Under the pieces are notes generated by a model. It searched no databases. It was not told where the DNA came from and was given only the letters and a program-made list of their open reading frames with translations. A stretch of 64,000 nt of DNA. Origin: Bacteroidales bacterium. Its GTDB lineage: Bacteria > Bacteroidota > Bacteroidia > Bacteroidales > NBLH01. Made by a program: the position numbers and the translations under genes. Shown piece after piece: positions 35,175 to 43,552 of this stretch. Numbering within the stretch: the stretch's first letter is position 1; each line of letters opens with the position of its first letter. The stretch is taken from NCBI GenBank assembly GCA_050291445.1, contig JBNKJW010000091.1:1659-65658 (forward strand). The letters are read 5' to 3'.

Positions 35175-35972
35175 TTAATTTCCTATTTTTACATCAAATC
35201 CAATGGTCTCAATTTTTTCTTTAAGTTCATGCAGGTTTTCTTTTTGCAGTGATTTAGTATCCCCCATTTTGTTTTCCATCTTCATTTTACCGTATTTATG
35301 GTTATGCATGTTATGATAAGGCAACAATGTTAACTGGTTAATATTCTTCAATTTTCTTAAAAACAGAAGCATTTCAGCCAGGTTGTTTTCATCATCATTT
35401 ATTTTAGGAATTACCGGGAAACGGATAATCACTTTTTTCTTTTTTTTATCTAAGTTAAGAAGGTTTTGCAATATTTTTTCATTGCTGACACCCGTATATT
35501 TTAGATGTATTTTAGCATCCATGTGTTTCAGGTCAAACAAAAAAAGTTTCGTTGTTTCTGCAACTTTATTGAAAATTTTTTCATTAGCAAAGCCGCTGGT
35601 ATCAACAGCTGAGTGAATACCTTCATTATCGCACTTTTCAAGTAATTCAATTAAAAACTTGTGCTGCATTAAAGGTTCTCCACCTGAAAAAGTGACTCCA
35701 CCTCCTGATTCTTCATAAAAAATACAATCTTTTTCAATTTCTTTTATTACTTCATCAGTAGTCATTAATTTGCCAATAGTTTCTTTTTGTTTGTAGGAAA
35801 TCCCATCAAGCATGCATCTTTGTATTGAGTTTTCTGATTTAATGTTTTGACTTTCAGGGTTATGACACCACCAGCAGCTCAATGGACACCCCTTAAAAAA
35901 CACAGTTTGCCGTATTCCCGGACCATCGTTTATCGAGTAACGTTTAAAACTATATATGATACCTTTTTGCAT
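35175..35972 (-). CDS. glycyl-radical enzyme activating protein (radical SAM)
   Basis: 265 aa. N-terminal CPLSCWWCHN (CX3CX2C) after DGPGIR, and a GGEP motif. Directly upstream of the GRE gene. Confidence 0.9.
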   Translation of the reverse strand: MQKGIIYSFKRYSINDGPGIRQTVFFKGCPLSCWWCHNPESQNIKSENSIQRCMLDGISYKQKETIGKLMTTDEVIKEIEKDCIFYEESGGGVTFSGGEPLMQHKFLIELLEKCDNEGIHSAVDTSGFANEKIFNKVAETTKLFLFDLKHMDAKIHLKYTGVSNEKILQNLLNLDKKKKKVIIRFPVIPKINDDENNLAEMLLFLRKLKNINQLTLLPYHNMHNHKYGKMKMENKMGDTKSLQKENLHELKEKIETIGFDVKIGN

Positions 35973-36353
35973 TGTGAGGCATTTTAGACTAAAATAAATT
36001 GTGAAAATAAAGTGGTGGCTGGAGTCATTTTAAAGAGGTCACAAAAACACACTAATTTCTAATAACCAATGACTAATTTCCGGATTAGCAAATTAGACAT
36101 TCAAAAAGGTGTCTGTAGTAACGGCTGTAGATGTTATTGAATAAATTGTGCCTGTACATACTACAAAGTTACTAAAAATCCAACTTGGTACAATGACATA
36201 GATCAACAATTAAAATTAACTTGATCAAAAGCGTGCAAACCTTTGTTATTAAGTGCTCTATGTGTTTTTTATTAGTGTATGAATTGCAAAGAATAAAAAT
36301 CTTCATTACTTTCAACATGAATTTATTTTGTTGAGAGCATTAAGGACGTTATC

Positions 36354-39275
36354 ATGTGTTGCAGAAAAATTATAGTTGTACTTGTTTTCGTTTCATTTTC
36401 CTTGTCTGCAAATGCCCAGATAAAAAGCATTGGGGTACCGTTTATTAAGAATTATGAAAGAAGTGATTATGGTGCTGCAACTCAAAACTGGGATATTGTT
36501 CAAAATGAGGATGGTATAATGTATTTTGCCAATAACAACGGAGTGCTTGAATTTGATGGTACGAACTGGAAAATTTATCCCATAAGTAACCTGTCAGTGC
36601 CCCGATGCCTGCATATAGGTAAAGATAGAAAGCTTTGGGTTGGTGCAGCCAATGAATTTGGTTACCTGAAAGCTACCAAAACAGGAGAATTTTCTTATAT
36701 TTCGATTAGTGACCTGGTACCTGAAGGGTATGAAAACTTTAGCGAAATTTGGAAAATATACGAATCTGATGCTGGAATTTATTTTCAGGCTTTTGAGGTT
36801 CTGTTCTTTTACGATTATGAAAAAATCAAGGTAATTGAAGATTTTAACGATTATCATTTTAGTTTTTATGTAAACAACAGGTTATTTATACAAGACAGGG
36901 ATGAAGGACTTAAAGAATTAAGAGGGGAAAGGCTTTACCTAATTGAAGGGGGGGAGAAATTTAAAGAGGACATGGAAGTATGGCAAATGATCCCTTTTTC
37001 GATAGATACCATATTAATTGCTACTCAGAGAGATGGTTTGTTTTTATATGATGGCTATAAAATTCAAAGTTATGATTTTAAGTTAAACAACTACCTTATA
37101 GATAAACAGATATTTTCGTTACAAAAAATACAGGATAAATACCTTGCTTTTGGAACTATACAGAGTGGGTTGTTGGTTACAGATTTTAAGGGGAACCTTA
37201 TACAACACATTGACAAGTCGAAAGGTCTGCAGAACAACACCATTTTAAGTCTTTTTGAAGATAAGTCAGGGCATATTTGGCTGGGGCTTGACAATGGGAT
37301 TGATTTTGTGGAAATTAATTCAGCTTTTACTTTCTTAAACGATGCTTTAGGTATTGAGGGCACAGGATATACCGCAAAATTATTCAACAACAACTTATAC
37401 CTGGGAACCAACCAGGGCTTGTATTATAAAACCTGGGATGATATTAATAAAACGGATATTAATGAAGAGAAATTCAGCATTGTTGAAAATACATTTGGAC
37501 AGGTGTGGAAGTTGCAACAAGTAGGTGCAACCTTGTTTTGTGGTCATAATACAGGAACCTTTGTTGAAAAAAATGGCCAATTTGAAAAAATAAGTGAAGA
37601 AAATGGTGGGTGGACATACACTCAATGGAGCAATGACGAAAATTTGCTTATTGGCGGAACCTATTCAAACTTAACAAAATATGTGAAAAATAATGACCAT
37701 TGGCTGTTTGAAAAAGCAATACCTGGGTTACATGAGTCGTGCAGACAGGTTTGCATTGATTCGCTGGATAATGTTTGGATTAGTCATGGCTCAAAAGGCA
37801 TTTATAAAGTAAGGCTATCACCAGAAAAAGATTCGGTAGTTTCGTTTAAGCTTTACAATGGTAATAATGGATTGCCTTCGGCAATTGGCAACTATGTTCA
37901 TAAGCTATTTAATCAAGTTATTTTTTGCGCCAATAAAGGGGTTTTTCAATACAACTATTCCACCGACAGGTTTGAGCCTTCTTCTTTTTTCAACAAGCTA
38001 TTTGGTAAAAATAACAGAATCCGTTACCCCGAGTTTGATGAAGATGGAAACCTCTGGTTTTATAAAAACGATTATCCTGCAATGTTAGAAAAAGCTGAAA
38101 ATGGATGGCAAGCAACTGATGCTTCATTTCATAAATATGGGAATATATACGTAAATGCATTTGAGAACCTTGAAATCATTGACGCTTCAAATGTTTTATT
38201 TGGGACTGAGAAGGGATTCATTCATTTTAATCCTCAATTGGTGGATACTTCAAAAATAGCCTTTAAAACCCTGATAAGGAGCGTAGAGTTTACAGAAGCA
38301 TCCGATTCACTGCTGTACAGTGGGGGAATAAACACTGTAGATTTGGAAAGGACTGCTCTTCCTTACAAAATGAATGCAATGAAATTTAACTTTGCTGCCC
38401 CTGTTTATGAAAGCCCCGAACGGACAGAATACCGGTTTAAACTGGAGGGTTTTGATAAACAATGGTCAGGCTGGAGCACTAATACAACCAAAGAATATAC
38501 AAATATTCCTCCTGGCAGCTATACTTTTGAGGTTGAATCAAAAGATATTTATGAAAATATTGGTGAAAAAGCCTCTTTTTCTTTTGTTATCCTTCCTCCC
38601 TGGTACAGTACATATTGGGCATATATTGGCTATTTTGTTTTATTGGTTTTTAGTGTTCTATATATAATGAAGTATTTAGAGGGGAAATTTAATGACGCAA
38701 AAGTGGAACTCAAAAGAAAAGAGCAGGAAAAGTTGAAGAAAAAAGAAGAGGAATTTGCGCGTGAAAACCTATTGAATGAACAGAAAATCATTAAATTGAA
38801 GAATGAAAAACTTGAGACTGAGGTGTTGCAGCAAAAAACTGAAACAGAAATGAAGAACAAAGAACTGGCTTCTGTTGCTATGCAAATAACCCATAAAAAT
38901 GAAATTCTTGGTAGTTTAAAATCAAAAATAGAAACTCTCTCTGAAAAAGTTAATACACAGGCACAAAAAGAATTAAAACAATTAATAAAAACAATTGATG
39001 AGGATTTGAAGCTGGATGAAGATTGGAACCAGTTTAAAAAACACTTCGAAGAAGTGCATGCCAACTTTTTTAAACGTCTTAGAGAAGATTATAAAGAATT
39101 AACCCCAAAAGATTTAAAAATGTGTGCCTATTTACGAATGAATTTATCTACCAAAGAAATTGCCCCATTAATGAACATTTCTGTAAGAGGTGTTGAAATT
39201 AGTCGCTACAGGCTTCGCAAAAAACTTGGTCTTCAGAAGGATGCAAACCTCATTGAGTTTATGCTTAATGTGTAG
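36354..39275 (+). CDS. membrane-tethered one-component regulator: periplasmic beta-propeller / Y_Y_Y sensor, TM helix, coiled coil, LuxR-type HTH
   Basis: 973 aa. Signal peptide, then a repeat-rich ectodomain resembling the hybrid two-component-system sensor type. The triple-Tyr region is EYRFKLEGFDKQWSGW...YTFEV. The TM helix is YIGYFVLLVFSVLYIM. A Lys/Glu coiled coil follows. The C-terminal HTH is LTPKDLKMCAYLRMNLSTKEIAPLMNISVRGVEISRYRLRKKLG. Confidence 0.85.
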   Translation: MCCRKIIVVLVFVSFSLSANAQIKSIGVPFIKNYERSDYGAATQNWDIVQNEDGIMYFANNNGVLEFDGTNWKIYPISNLSVPRCLHIGKDRKLWVGAANEFGYLKATKTGEFSYISISDLVPEGYENFSEIWKIYESDAGIYFQAFEVLFFYDYEKIKVIEDFNDYHFSFYVNNRLFIQDRDEGLKELRGERLYLIEGGEKFKEDMEVWQMIPFSIDTILIATQRDGLFLYDGYKIQSYDFKLNNYLIDKQIFSLQKIQDKYLAFGTIQSGLLVTDFKGNLIQHIDKSKGLQNNTILSLFEDKSGHIWLGLDNGIDFVEINSAFTFLNDALGIEGTGYTAKLFNNNLYLGTNQGLYYKTWDDINKTDINEEKFSIVENTFGQVWKLQQVGATLFCGHNTGTFVEKNGQFEKISEENGGWTYTQWSNDENLLIGGTYSNLTKYVKNNDHWLFEKAIPGLHESCRQVCIDSLDNVWISHGSKGIYKVRLSPEKDSVVSFKLYNGNNGLPSAIGNYVHKLFNQVIFCANKGVFQYNYSTDRFEPSSFFNKLFGKNNRIRYPEFDEDGNLWFYKNDYPAMLEKAENGWQATDASFHKYGNIYVNAFENLEIIDASNVLFGTEKGFIHFNPQLVDTSKIAFKTLIRSVEFTEASDSLLYSGGINTVDLERTALPYKMNAMKFNFAAPVYESPERTEYRFKLEGFDKQWSGWSTNTTKEYTNIPPGSYTFEVESKDIYENIGEKASFSFVILPPWYSTYWAYIGYFVLLVFSVLYIMKYLEGKFNDAKVELKRKEQEKLKKKEEEFARENLLNEQKIIKLKNEKLETEVLQQKTETEMKNKELASVAMQITHKNEILGSLKSKIETLSEKVNTQAQKELKQLIKTIDEDLKLDEDWNQFKKHFEEVHANFFKRLREDYKELTPKDLKMCAYLRMNLSTKEIAPLMNISVRGVEISRYRLRKKLGLQKDANLIEFMLNV

Positions 39276-39301
39276 TAATTTATAGTTATATCTAACAAAT
39301 T

Positions 39302-39442
39302 CCTCATCGTAGGTAAAAGTTGCTTATTTGATGGACATTGAGCACTTCGGCATGTGGTATACTGAGCTTGCCTAAGTGCTCAGTGTACCATCTGTCAATT
39401 AAAATCACTTTACCCGAAACTTCACGCTTGACATGACACTAG
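39302..39442 (-). repeat. structured intergenic repeat, family X, copy 2 (inverted, longer), ending in a CTAG-terminated repeat arm
   Basis: 39302-39372 is the reverse complement of 29144-29215. The 3' part ends in CTTGACATGACACTAG, the same terminal sequence as the neighbouring 111-nt element. Confidence 0.55.
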
Positions 39443-39549
39443 TGTTAAGTCAAATTTGATATTTCTGGTAAATTAGCCAGGTGACAACACCTGGCTGGTG
39501 CACTTGTCAGGTGTTGTCACCTGACAAACTAGCCTTGACATGACACTAG
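39439..39549. mobile_element. 111-nt MITE-like element, copy 2
   Basis: Bounded by CTAG at 39439-39442 and 39546-39549. Hairpins are CCAGGTG-ACAA-CACCTGG (39477-39494) and TTGTCAGGTG-TTGT-CACCTGACAA (39504-39527). The terminal CTAG supplies the pcm stop codon. Confidence 0.6.
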
Positions 39550-40190
39550 CTCTGTCTGCCTTCCAACATAGGAACAAATAAAAACTCCCCAAAATCTGTT
39601 TTTCTATATTTTGTATTCGATAGTCGTACAATTGAATACATGGTTTGCGATTCGGAATCACCAACAGGAATTACTAAAATGCCACCTATAACCAACTGTT
39701 TTTGTAATGCCGGAGGAATAAAAGGTGCACCTGCTGTAACAATAATTTTATCAAAAGGGCCATAACTGGGCTTTCCCTTATAGCCATCACCATAAAAAAA
39801 CTGTGGGTCGTACCCCAATTCGTTTAAAAGAGCCTGCGAACTATAAAAAAGCTCTTTTTGGCGCTCAATGGTGTAAACTTTCGCCCCCAACTCTAATAAA
39901 ATAGCCGTTTGGTAGCCCGAACCTGTGCCAATTTCAAGTACTTTATCTCCTTTTTCAATTCCCAATAGTTGCGATTGAAAAGCTACCGTATATGGTTGCG
40001 AAATAGTTTGCCCTGCACCAATAGCAAAAGCTTTATTTTGGTAGGCCAATTTATCGTAACTGGCATCCATAAAAAAATGTCGGGGCAGCTTAGCCATTGC
40101 TGCCAGTACTTTTTTATCTGTTATTCCTTGTTCTTTTAGTTCTTCAACCAGTTTTAATCGTAGCCCTTTGTGTTTATAAGTATCTTTCAT
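39546..40190 (-). CDS. pcm: protein-L-isoaspartate O-methyltransferase
   Basis: 214 aa. SAM motif VLEIGTGSGYQTA and the TISQPY motif. Confidence 0.9.
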   Translation of the reverse strand: MKDTYKHKGLRLKLVEELKEQGITDKKVLAAMAKLPRHFFMDASYDKLAYQNKAFAIGAGQTISQPYTVAFQSQLLGIEKGDKVLEIGTGSGYQTAILLELGAKVYTIERQKELFYSSQALLNELGYDPQFFYGDGYKGKPSYGPFDKIIVTAGAPFIPPALQKQLVIGGILVIPVGDSESQTMYSIVRLSNTKYRKTDFGEFLFVPMLEGRQS

Positions 40191-40303
40191 CGCTTACTTT
40201 CTGGTTATAGGTTGCTTGTCTCTGGATGCTGGTTGTTCTCAGCCATAGACTCAACCTTTATACTAAGTTCTAAGTTCCAATTTTTAATACACCAATATAC
40301 AAA

Positions 40304-41704
40304 TTACCCCAGGATCATCCCCACAATAGTAGCCGACATTAGCGAAGCTAAAGTACCAGCTAGCAGAGCTCGCATTCCATATTGTGAAAGAAGTACCCTT
40401 TTTCCTGGTGCAAGCGATCCAATTCCTCCAATTTGTATTCCAATTGATGCAAAATTAGCAAAGCCCGCCAACATATATGTAGACATGATGATCGATTTTT
40501 GTTCAGCAAAGGCTCCAGCTGTTTTTAAATCACCTAAACTAATGTATCCAATAAATTCAGTCATGATAATTTTTTCACCTAACACTCTTCCTACCAAGGT
40601 AATATCATCAGAGGCAACACCCAATAACCACATCAACGGGGCAAATATGTAGCCTAAAATAAATTGTAAAGAAAGTTCTTTGTATTGTCCTCCTGATATG
40701 TCTGCTACCCATCCGTTTAATGAAGTCCAGTCACCAATCAAAAGAAAGACATAGTTGATAAGGGCAATAAAGGCTACAAAAACAAGCAGCATGGCACCCA
40801 CATTAACAGCTAACTTTAGTCCTTCGCCAGTTCCATTTGAAATAGCATCCAATACATTTTTCCCTATTTTTTCGCCTGATATTTTCACATCAGAGTCAAT
40901 TTTCTCAGTTTGAGGTATTAGAATTTTAGAAATAACTACTACACCTGGCGCAGCCATCACAGATGCAGCCAATAAGTGTTTTGCAAAAATCAGCCTTTGA
41001 GCAGGATCTGTACCTCCCAAAACGCTTATATAAACAGCTAAAACACCTCCTGCTAAGGTAGCCATTCCACCTGCCATCACCAGCAGAATTTCTGATTTGT
41101 TCATTTTTTCCAGGTAGGCCTTAATCATTAAAGGCGATTCTGTTTGACCCAAAAAAATATTCCCTGCAACCGAGAGGCTTTCTGCACCCGAAAGTTTCAT
41201 TGCTTTGGTCATCAACCAGGCCAGGCCATAAACTACTTTTTGAATAATTCCGTAGTAAAAAAGTACACTTGTTAATGCCGAGAAGAAGATAATAGTAGGC
41301 AATATAGTAACTGCAAAGTTCATTAAGGGGCTTTCTATTTCTCCCGAATCAAAGGATTTAAAAAGGTACTTTGTACCTTCCATGCTAAAGTCTAGTATTT
41401 TAACAAATACACTTCCGGCAGTTTCAAATACAATTTGTATAGCGGGGATGTATAAAATACTGATAGCCAGCACGATCTGTGTTGTAAGCCCTATGCCTAC
41501 AATTTTCCAGTTTACTGCTTTTCTGTTCGAACTAAACAACCAGGCAATTAAAATAAGCACCGCCATTCCTAATGCCCCACGTGCCAGACTTTCTATACTA
41601 AACCCGCCTGAATCTAACGAAACCACTTTTTCTTGTGCAATTAGCAGATGATGGGAAAATAAAAATACGATAGTTAATGATAAAACTTTGGATAACCTTT
41701 TCAT
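40304..41704 (-). CDS. concentrative nucleoside transporter (NupC/CNT family)
   Basis: 466 aa, polytopic. Contains the CNT-like motifs GQTESPL and GFANFASIGIQIGG. Confidence 0.85.
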   Translation of the reverse strand: MKRLSKVLSLTIVFLFSHHLLIAQEKVVSLDSGGFSIESLARGALGMAVLILIAWLFSSNRKAVNWKIVGIGLTTQIVLAISILYIPAIQIVFETAGSVFVKILDFSMEGTKYLFKSFDSGEIESPLMNFAVTILPTIIFFSALTSVLFYYGIIQKVVYGLAWLMTKAMKLSGAESLSVAGNIFLGQTESPLMIKAYLEKMNKSEILLVMAGGMATLAGGVLAVYISVLGGTDPAQRLIFAKHLLAASVMAAPGVVVISKILIPQTEKIDSDVKISGEKIGKNVLDAISNGTGEGLKLAVNVGAMLLVFVAFIALINYVFLLIGDWTSLNGWVADISGGQYKELSLQFILGYIFAPLMWLLGVASDDITLVGRVLGEKIIMTEFIGYISLGDLKTAGAFAEQKSIIMSTYMLAGFANFASIGIQIGGIGSLAPGKRVLLSQYGMRALLAGTLASLMSATIVGMILG

Positions 41705-41864
41705 AATTGGGTTTTACGGGTTTTAAAAGACGGGCTAAAATAGCTTAAAACTTTAAAAAATCGAAATAAAAGGAGGGGAAAAGTTGTAATTCAATATTAA
41801 CTCATCTAAAAATAAATGGGTTTACCCTTAAGTTTATTATTGGCAGGCAATTGTATAAAGTTGT

Positions 41865-42455
41865 TTATTTACGTTTATTGATCTCGTCCCTTATTTTAGA
41901 TGCCAGTTCATAATTTTCGTTATTGATGGCTTCATTAAGCATTTGATCGAGTTCATCTAAACTTTGTTCTTCCAGGTTTTTATTACTTTGAATGGCCTCA
42001 ACTTCCTCTTCTTCCTGTCCAGCTGCTTCGGTGGCGGTTCCAAATTCATTGGAGGCAATACCGGCTTTATCCAACACACTTTCGTTGGCATAAATTGGGC
42101 ATTTAAACCGAATGGCCAGTGCTACTGCATCAGAAGTTCTTGAATCAATTCTGATACGGTTGGCAAAACTTTCACAAACCAGCTCGGCATAAAAAATACC
42201 TTCTTCTAATTTTGTAATATGCACTTCAACGAGGTTAATGTTGTAGGCATTAGCAAAATTAATGAACAAATCGTGGGTTAGTGGCCTAGGAGGGCGCATT
42301 CCTTCCAAGGCAATTGCAATTGCTTGAGCTTCAGCAGTTCCAATCACTATAGGTAATTTTCTTTCACCATTATCTTCAATCAAAACCAATACATAAGCGC
42401 CAGATTGGGTCTGACTATATACCAAACTTTCAATATTTAACTTTATCCTGTTCAT
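41865..42455 (-). CDS. bifunctional nuclease (DUF151/BFN) protein with a C-terminal UVR motif
   Basis: 196 aa. RPLTHDL motif and a C-terminal LNEAINNENYELASKIRDEI UVR-like helix. Confidence 0.8.
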   Translation of the reverse strand: MNRIKLNIESLVYSQTQSGAYVLVLIEDNGERKLPIVIGTAEAQAIAIALEGMRPPRPLTHDLFINFANAYNINLVEVHITKLEEGIFYAELVCESFANRIRIDSRTSDAVALAIRFKCPIYANESVLDKAGIASNEFGTATEAAGQEEEEVEAIQSNKNLEEQSLDELDQMLNEAINNENYELASKIRDEINKRK

Positions 42456-42636
42456 TTCCTTTTTAAGGCCTTCTGTTTAGATAAACAAAAGTAATAAAAT
42501 TGTTCAAGAAATTTATTTTATCCCAAATTAACTTAATTTAGATTTTTTAATAAACAGATAATGAGATTTTTAGTCTTTGTGACTTGCTCTTTTACAAAAT
42601 AACTAATCTGCCAATTACAAAATATCGATTGATGTT

Positions 42637-42667
42637 TTTGTGGTATTGATTAATTTTTCTACTTTTG
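42637..42667 (+). promoter_or_regulatory. Bacteroidota-type promoter for rplU-rpmA
   Basis: TTTG (42637-42640), a 19-nt spacer, then TACTTTTG (42660-42667). This matches the -33 TTTG / -7 TAnnTTTG consensus and leaves a leader of about 90 nt. Confidence 0.45.
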
Positions 42668-42762
42668 CAGTCCAAAATAACCTTCCGGGGTTCTTAAGAG
42701 ATAAAGTCAAGTAAGTCAGTTTGTTACAGATTTTACCACCCTTGGAATTAACAATTTATATT

Positions 42763-43074
42763 ATGTATGCAATTGTAGAAATAGCTGGACAACAGTTTAA
42801 AGTAGAGAATGATAAGAAGATTTTTGTTCACCGTTTAGATAATAAAGAAGGTGACAAAGTGGAGTTTGAGCAAGTTCTTTTAGTTGATAACGAAGGTGAC
42901 GTTAAAGTTGGTGCCCCTACTCTTAAAGGAGCTAAAATTGAAGCTGAAGTTATTGCGCATGTTAGGGGCGACAAGGTTCAAGTATTCAAAAAGAAAAGAA
43001 GAAAAGGATACCAAAAACAAAATGGTCACCGACAGGATTTTACACAAATCGAAATTAAATCGATTAGCTTGTAA
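42763..43074 (+). CDS. rplU: 50S ribosomal protein L21
   Basis: The start is taken at the ATG at 42763 ([14 protein letters not shown]), the canonical L21 N-terminus. The track ORF starts upstream at a non-ATG codon. Confidence 0.95.
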   Translation: MYAIVEIAGQQFKVENDKKIFVHRLDNKEGDKVEFEQVLLVDNEGDVKVGAPTLKGAKIEAEVIAHVRGDKVQVFKKKRRKGYQKQNGHRQDFTQIEIKSISL

Positions 43075-43109
43075 TAAACTTAAAATAAGAATATTAAAAA
43101 TTTATAGAT

Positions 43110-43376
43110 ATGGCACATAAGAAAGGAGCCGGTAGTTCGAAAAACGGTAGAGAATCACATAGTAAACGACTAGGAGTAAAAATATTCGGTGGTCAGATTT
43201 GTAAAGCCGGAAATATTATTATCAGACAAAGGGGCACCCAGCACCATCCTGATGAAAATGTAGGCATGGGGAAAGACCATACTTTATTTGCATTAATCGA
43301 CGGAGTAGTAACTTTTAATAAAAAACGAAACAATAAATCTTACGTTTCTGTTTTGCCGGTTGAAGAAAGCAAGTAA
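43110..43376 (+). CDS. rpmA: 50S ribosomal protein L27
   Basis: [24 protein letters not shown] is the canonical L27 N-terminus. Confidence 0.95.
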   Translation: MAHKKGAGSSKNGRESHSKRLGVKIFGGQICKAGNIIIRQRGTQHHPDENVGMGKDHTLFALIDGVVTFNKKRNNKSYVSVLPVEESK

Positions 43377-43452
43377 GTTTCTAAAAAATATTTTAGTAAA
43401 TCTCCTATCATTATCATAAAAACTGATAATTTTAGGGGATTTTTTATTTTCC

Positions 43453-43549
43453 GAAATTAGAAATTGGAACTTAGAACTTTGTAAATAATTTCTAATATAC
43501 TAATATCTAATTTCTAATATACTAAGTTCTAACACACTAATTCCTAATT
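43453..43549. repeat. cluster of CTAA(T/G)TTCTAA-type AT-rich motifs in both orientations, directly upstream of serS
   Basis: GAAATTAGAAATTGGAACTTAGAAC ... TCTAATATACTAATATCTAATTTCTAATATACTAAGTTCTAACACACTAATTCCTAATT. The left arm is the reverse complement of the motifs on the right. Confidence 0.6.
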
Positions 43550-43552
43550 AAA

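Noticed and set aside
39473-39664. 63-aa minus-strand ORF overlapping the 3' end of pcm
   Set aside because: It reads through the 111-nt MITE in a different frame from pcm and has no support.
40170-40652. Long antisense ORFs inside well-supported genes. Examples: 40170..40652 (+), 53610..54173 (-), 56019..56402 (+), 25110..25541 (-), 38630..39064 (-), 3066..3407 (+), 12060..12371 (-)
   Set aside because: Each overlaps a gene with strong family motifs on the other strand (CNT transporter, hbd, accC, response regulator, LuxR-type sensor, MarR, porV). Their translations are compositionally biased, as expected for shadow ORFs in AT-rich DNA.
42668-42762. A leader of about 95 nt upstream of rplU as a ribosomal-protein (L21) leader RNA
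   Set aside because: I found only a weak local hairpin (AACC..GGTT) and have no second sequence for covariation. I know of no described Bacteroidota L21 leader to compare with.
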